From positions 1 through 49,982 of the forward strand of contig JAFCEK010000001.1 of the NCBI GenBank assembly GCA_017609225.1: 49,982 bases of DNA, given 5' to 3'. Positions 45,586 to 49,982 of this stretch are shown one piece after another. A program made the translations under genes and the position numbers. This DNA comes from Candidatus Aenigmatarchaeota archaeon. Its GTDB lineage: Archaea; Aenigmatarchaeota; Aenigmatarchaeia; QMZP01. The notes beneath the pieces are model-generated. The model did no database searches. It was not told the origin of the DNA and saw only the letters and a program-made list of their open reading frames with translations. Each line of letters opens with the position of its first letter. The first letter of the stretch is position 1.

Positions 45586-46028
45586 TAAACATGGCAAAAA
45601 ATGAGCTGCCGGAGAAGATACAGAAGAAGATTAAAGAGGGATGGATCAGAAGCTGGATGATGATTGAGGTACTGGCAATAACAGAAAAGGCAGCAAAGGA
45701 TGCCATGGAAAAGCACATAAAGAAAATGAAAATGGAGAAAAAAACAATTGTTTACGGGAGAAAAAACCACAGCATTGAAAAAATCAAAAACCCAAGGCCA
45801 GACATACCAGAGGCATACTCATATGTTGTTGAGCTCGAGGTTATTACAGAAACATTTGAGCAGCTTGTTGTAATAGCAATGACATACGGGCCCTCTGCAG
45901 TTGAAATCCTGGAGCCCCAGAAAATTGAGATAAGCATAGGGGAGGCGCAGTCAATTATCAATTCTGTTGCAGAAATGATTCACAAGTTTGTGCAGGCAGG
46001 AATTGGAGGCATTGTGATAAGCACATGA
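45582..46028 (+). CDS. Hypothetical protein (148 aa)
   Basis: Its start overlaps the upstream stop (ATGA). No recognisable motif. Confidence 0.45.
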   Translation: MINMAKNELPEKIQKKIKEGWIRSWMMIEVLAITEKAAKDAMEKHIKKMKMEKKTIVYGRKNHSIEKIKNPRPDIPEAYSYVVELEVITETFEQLVVIAMTYGPSAVEILEPQKIEISIGEAQSIINSVAEMIHKFVQAGIGGIVIST

Positions 46029-46031
46029 GCA

Positions 46032-47234
46032 TCAGAAATCCGTAAGCCTTTTTTGTTTCAGTATTCTGCTTATTTTTCTGTATTCATTCAATGGGAGCCT
46101 CAGCCTGGATTCTATATCTTTCAGGGCTTCCCCAAGCGTGCTGAATTTTTTGCATGGCTTTCTGAACGCATTCCTGACATTCTCCCTCACCTGCCATACG
46201 CCCAGGGGGATGACATAGCCCTCGTAGATTTCCCTGAAAACAACAACCCTTGCCTGCCTTCTCATCCTGTGCAGGCCTTCAATAACGCCAAGCCTGGCTG
46301 CATAATATCCTCCGCCCTCCTTGTCAGCATAGCTTGTCCTGCCGCTGAAAGGCTCATACTCTTCCAGTATCTCAGGCTTCTTGAGCTTTGAGGTCCATAC
46401 AGAGCCGGGCGCCCATGCCTCAAAATCCTCATACTCCCAGCTTCCGGGCATTAGCAGAATTTCGAACCTGTTGTCAAGATAGAAGCTTGAGTAAACCATG
46501 TATTCATCAACTGATGGAAAGCCCCTCACATCAGCAGCCAGCCTCCTGAATATCATATCATCAACAGCTGTTATGCTCCATCTTGTTGGAACAAGCTTTT
46601 TGCTTTTTTTTATGCCCAGCACACCCGAACTCAGTATGCTGCTTATCCTGTGAACATCCTGGCCTGTGCTGTAAAGAAGGAATCCTGCATGCTCTGCCTT
46701 TATATCATCCGAAACAATTTTTTCAACCTTGCTGTGGATTTTTGGGTTCTCTGCTACCCTCATTCTTTCCAGAGGGGCGCTGGGCCCCATTGGCTGAACA
46801 ACATCAGAGAAGCTCACAGTATATACAGGCCTTTTCCTGAAGCTCATCTCAACATCTGTTGGCCTGCTGGCAAGCACAAGCTCCTGGTTTTCCAGCACAA
46901 ACCTGGAACTGGACTTTACATTCTCCTTTTGTTTTGACCTCAGAAGCAGAGACCTCAGCTCAATTATATCAGAATACTTCATGCCGAACCATTTCTCTGG
47001 TGAATCCAGGTTCGGCTTCTCATCTATTGCAGCCAGCGGCCCTATATTTACATCGGGATAGCCAAACCTTCCCACAAAAACAGAATAGCTTGGACCAAAA
47101 AAACTCCTTTTTATCTTCCCTGCCTCAGGTATTGCCCTGAACCTTGGAATAAGGGGGCATGGGCTGTGTCCGCACAAATTCCTTCCGCCCTTGCAGATAA
47201 CACAAAGTCTTGCAGGAGAAACCATAAACCTCAA
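46032..47234 (-). CDS. nreA: Nre-family (DUF650/DUF651) putative DNA repair protein
   Basis: N-terminal CVICKGGRNLCGHSPCP Cys motif. The 400-aa size is typical of archaeal Nre proteins. Confidence 0.65.
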   Translation of the reverse strand: MRFMVSPARLCVICKGGRNLCGHSPCPLIPRFRAIPEAGKIKRSFFGPSYSVFVGRFGYPDVNIGPLAAIDEKPNLDSPEKWFGMKYSDIIELRSLLLRSKQKENVKSSSRFVLENQELVLASRPTDVEMSFRKRPVYTVSFSDVVQPMGPSAPLERMRVAENPKIHSKVEKIVSDDIKAEHAGFLLYSTGQDVHRISSILSSGVLGIKKSKKLVPTRWSITAVDDMIFRRLAADVRGFPSVDEYMVYSSFYLDNRFEILLMPGSWEYEDFEAWAPGSVWTSKLKKPEILEEYEPFSGRTSYADKEGGGYYAARLGVIEGLHRMRRQARVVVFREIYEGYVIPLGVWQVRENVRNAFRKPCKKFSTLGEALKDIESRLRLPLNEYRKISRILKQKRLTDF

Positions 47235-47302
47235 AAGGGAATTGTTTTAAAGAATTAAATATTTTCAGAAACAATATTAATATCAGATTGCTGTGATTTT
47301 TT

Positions 47303-48007
47303 ATGGCAAACTGTCCAAGATGCGGAAACAAAATGGAGAAGGGCTGGAACTTCTGCCCCAGATGCGGATACAGGCACAGCGCGGATTTGGGGTTTAACAG
47401 CTTTGACAAGATTTTTTCAAGGGCATTCAGGCAGATGAGGGAGATGAACAAGCAGATTGAAAAACAGTTTGAGGCATTTGATATATCACCGTTTTTCAGG
47501 CCCCTGACAAGAGAGGATATGGAGAAGGTGCGCGGAGGAAAGCCTGTAAAGAAGGGGTTCTCAATAAGGATATTCCAGAGAAACCATAACAAGCCAAAGG
47601 TTTATATCAGAACATTCGGCGATGTTGACAGGGAAAAGATAAAGCATGAGCTTTATGAACAGCTTGGCAAAAAAAGAAGCACTGAGAAAAAAACCAGAAT
47701 ACTTTTTCCCAAACTTTTCAGGCCAAAAGAGGAAAAGCCCGGGCACAAGATAGCGCTCAAAATGCCCAGCGTTACAGAGGAGCCGAAAACAGAGGTCAGA
47801 AGAACAGATTCAAGGGTTGTTGTTGAAATAGACATGCCTGGAGTCAAATCAATGGGAATGATTGATGTAAGGGAGCTGGAAAACTCTGTTGAGGTAAAGG
47901 CAATAGCTGACAACAAGGCATACTTCAAGATTCTTACAAAACCTGCCCAGTACAGAATGGCAGGAAAGAAATTCAGGGAAGGCAAGCTGACACTTGAGTT
48001 TATGTGA
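47303..48007 (+). CDS. Zinc-ribbon plus Hsp20/alpha-crystallin-like domain protein
   Basis: MANCPRCGNKMEKGWNFCPRCG zinc ribbon. C-terminal VVVEIDMPGVKSMGMIDVRELENSVEVKA...GKLTLEF resembles an alpha-crystallin-domain beta-sandwich. Confidence 0.6.
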   Translation: MANCPRCGNKMEKGWNFCPRCGYRHSADLGFNSFDKIFSRAFRQMREMNKQIEKQFEAFDISPFFRPLTREDMEKVRGGKPVKKGFSIRIFQRNHNKPKVYIRTFGDVDREKIKHELYEQLGKKRSTEKKTRILFPKLFRPKEEKPGHKIALKMPSVTEEPKTEVRRTDSRVVVEIDMPGVKSMGMIDVRELENSVEVKAIADNKAYFKILTKPAQYRMAGKKFREGKLTLEFM

Positions 48008-48488
48008 ATGACCTGAATTTGCTCAGCGGAACTGCCTTGATTTCCTTTTTCCTTTTTCCTTTTCCGGCAGCCGGCTTTGTTTTCCTTTCCGCCTTTCCGC
48101 CATAGAATTCCCTGTTTTCCATGCAAACAGAACAGCTGGCAAGCCCGGGGTCAAGCCTTCTGTGCAGCTCGCATGCATCACCTTCAAACCTTATATGTTT
48201 GCATATTTCGCAGAAGCCAAGGGTTAAATCAAAACCCGAAACCTCTCCTGATGCCATTGACCTGGCAAAGGAATCAACCATTTCCATAAGCCTGGGATTT
48301 TTCTCAAATATCTCTGTTTTGTATCCCCTTACATCCCTCTTGTACTGGGACACTGCAGGCTGGCTTATGCCCATTTTCTCCGCTGCCTCCTTCTGGCTCA
48401 GGCCATACTGATTAACAAGCTTCTTTGCAATCAGTGCCCTGAAGGCAGGCAGGATTTCAAGCGAAACTATTTCACATGCTGGTTTCAT
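48000..48488 (-). CDS. HTH transcriptional regulator with a C-terminal Cys-rich (Zn-ribbon-like) domain
   Basis: LSQKEAAEKMGISQPAVSQY helix-turn-helix, then CEICKH...CELH...CSVC. The ATG at 48488 is preferred. Confidence 0.7.
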   Translation of the reverse strand: MKPACEIVSLEILPAFRALIAKKLVNQYGLSQKEAAEKMGISQPAVSQYKRDVRGYKTEIFEKNPRLMEMVDSFARSMASGEVSGFDLTLGFCEICKHIRFEGDACELHRRLDPGLASCSVCMENREFYGGKAERKTKPAAGKGKRKKEIKAVPLSKFRSFT

Positions 48489-48565
48489 GCAAATCCATAC
48501 AATAGTTGTTTGGAGGGATTTAAATATAACACTGTTATATAAATCCCTATGCATATTTAATTTAT

Positions 48566-49402
48566 ATGAACCCAAAACCTGTTATTGCCATAGCCCTGAT
48601 TCTGTTTGCCCTGCTGGGATTTGGTTTAGCCAATATCCCCACAGGAGGCATAACGCAGAAACCCGGCCAGGCAAATGGATATGAAACAGCCATTGTCACA
48701 AGGGTTATAGATGGCGACACGGTTGTAATAGAGGGAGATGAAAGGATAAGGCTTCTTGGCATTGACACACCTGAAAGAGGGCAGCATTTTTACCAGGAAG
48801 CAAAGCAGATGCTGCAGGAGATGGTTGAAAACAAAACAGTCATGCTTGAATCTGATATCAAAAACAGGGACAAGTATAACAGGCTTCTCAGATATATCTA
48901 TGCAGGCGAAACCCTTGTAAACCTTGAGCTTGTGAAAAAGGGAATGGCAAGGGCATATATAATCCCCCCGAATGAAAGGCATTCTGATGAGATACTCATG
49001 GCAGAGGCAGAAGCCAGAAACTCAAACCTTGGCATCTGGAAATTTTCCGGGTTAAAAGACATCTTCTGCATAGGCATATTTTATTTCCATTACAATGCCA
49101 GGGGCAATGACAATGAAAACCTTAATGATGAGTATGTTGTTTTCAGGAATTCATGCAATCATTCGTTAAACCTCGGTGGCTGGGTTATAAAGGATGCAGC
49201 AAACAAAAGCTATGCATTCCCTGACTTTCCTGTGCCTGCAAAAACCAAGTTCATCCTGCACACAGGATCAGGCACAGACAATGAAACAGACCTGTACTGG
49301 GAAAGCAGCCGGGCCATATGGAACAACAACGGCGACACGCTCAGGATGTGGAACAGCGAAGGCGAACTCCTTCTGGACTACAGTTATGGCCAGCACCTGT
49401 AA
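48566..49402 (+). CDS. Membrane-anchored thermonuclease (SNase) fused to a lamin-tail domain
   Basis: N-terminal TM PVIAIALILFALLGFGLA. SNase motifs VIDGDTVVI, RLLGIDTPE and YNRLLRYIY. C-terminal NDEYVVFRNSCNHSLNLGGWVIKD...WNNNGDTLRMWN matches the LTD pattern. Confidence 0.8.
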   Translation: MNPKPVIAIALILFALLGFGLANIPTGGITQKPGQANGYETAIVTRVIDGDTVVIEGDERIRLLGIDTPERGQHFYQEAKQMLQEMVENKTVMLESDIKNRDKYNRLLRYIYAGETLVNLELVKKGMARAYIIPPNERHSDEILMAEAEARNSNLGIWKFSGLKDIFCIGIFYFHYNARGNDNENLNDEYVVFRNSCNHSLNLGGWVIKDAANKSYAFPDFPVPAKTKFILHTGSGTDNETDLYWESSRAIWNNNGDTLRMWNSEGELLLDYSYGQHL

Positions 49403-49437
49403 AACCTTTTAAATTCCTTCCACAAAACAATGCTATT

Positions 49438-49982
49438 ATGAAAAAGGGAGATTTCATTGAGATTGAATATGTTGGCAGGGTTCTCGGCACAAACGAGATT
49501 TTTGACCTTACTGATGCAGAGCTGGCAAAAAAGGAAGGCATCTACAACCCCAAGCAGAAATACGGGCCTGTACTTGTCATAATAGGTGCAGGCATGACCA
49601 TACCAGGAGTGGAAAAACAGCTTGAATCCATGAATGTTGGCGAGAGGAAAGAGTTTGATATCATGCCGGAAGAGGGCTTTGGCAGGCGAGACCCAAGGCT
49701 GATAAAGATAATCTCAATGGCAAATTTCATCAGGCAGAACATAAATCCTGTTCCCGGTGCTTTTGTCACCATTAACAGAAGGAATGCCAGGATACAGTCT
49801 GTTGCAGGAGGCAGGGTAAGGGTTGATTTTAATCATCCCCTTGCAGGCAGAAGGCTCCATTATATGCTCAGCATTGTCAGGAAAATAACAAAAACCGCTG
49901 AAAAGGCAGAAGCGCTGCTGGATTATTACAACATAAAATCCGAGCAGAAACTCAGGGAAAACATCCTGGAGATAAAAACAGA
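49438..49982 (+). CDS. FKBP-type peptidyl-prolyl isomerase (SlyD-like), truncated at the right edge
   Basis: Manual translation gives MKKGDFIEIEYVGRVLGTNEIFDLTD...MTIPGVEKQLESMNVGERKEF...RVDFNHPLAGRRLHY. The ORF is open to the end of the window. Confidence 0.8.
   Translation, partial: MKKGDFIEIEYVGRVLGTNEIFDLTDAELAKKEGIYNPKQKYGPVLVIIGAGMTIPGVEKQLESMNVGERKEFDIMPEEGFGRRDPRLIKIISMANFIRQNINPVPGAFVTINRRNARIQSVAGGRVRVDFNHPLAGRRLHYMLSIVRKITKTAEKAEALLDYYNIKSEQKLRENILEIKT

Overview
This is an archaeal chromosome segment. The evidence is PCNA, RpoP, eL43, exosome Rrp4/Rrp41/Rrp42, both 20S proteasome subunits, aCPSF1, SepF, archaeal-type AspRS and ApgM, and intron-containing tRNAs. Many genes carry GGAGGT Shine-Dalgarno sites. 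The gene content resembles a small-genome (DPANN-like) archaeon, but lineage cannot be assigned from sequence alone.

The window has three parts.
(1) 1-4.7 kb holds DNA-metabolism and housekeeping genes: tatD fragment, nth, NUDIX, PCNA, OB-fold protein, aspS.
(2) 4.8-24.9 kb is an accessory island encoding only secreted or membrane-anchored proteins. It has five ORFs with class III (type IV pilin-like) signal peptides, two other N-terminally anchored ORFs, and very large Cys-rich adhesin-like proteins of 2150, 1464, 616, 591 and 533 aa. No assembly ATPase, platform protein or prepilin peptidase is in view.
(3) 25-50 kb is a housekeeping block. It includes a split Hef (XPF nuclease and helicase as separate genes), pyrG, serS, apgM, the classic psmA-SBDS-rrp4-rrp41-rrp42-rpl37ae-rpoP-pfdB superoperon, sepF, aCPSF1, psmB, a Zn-ribbon/DUF2073-like/GTPase triad, HIT, a radical SAM enzyme, an Nre-like protein, a membrane-anchored SNase-LTD nuclease and an FKBP.

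Features the ORF track does not explain:
- a ~110-bp two-hairpin MITE-like repeat in four copies, two of them damaging genes;
- a 76-bp tandem array whose hairpin stem covaries between units;
- a family of anti-SD/SD hairpin leaders, with a 52-nt stretch identical upstream of psmA and sepF;
- a tRNA-Gly(UCC) gene that appears to carry three introns (D-arm, canonical 37/38, T-loop), and a tRNA-Thr(CGU) with a T-loop intron;
- an in-frame TGA splitting a pilin-like gene;
- an A17 tract inside pyrG.
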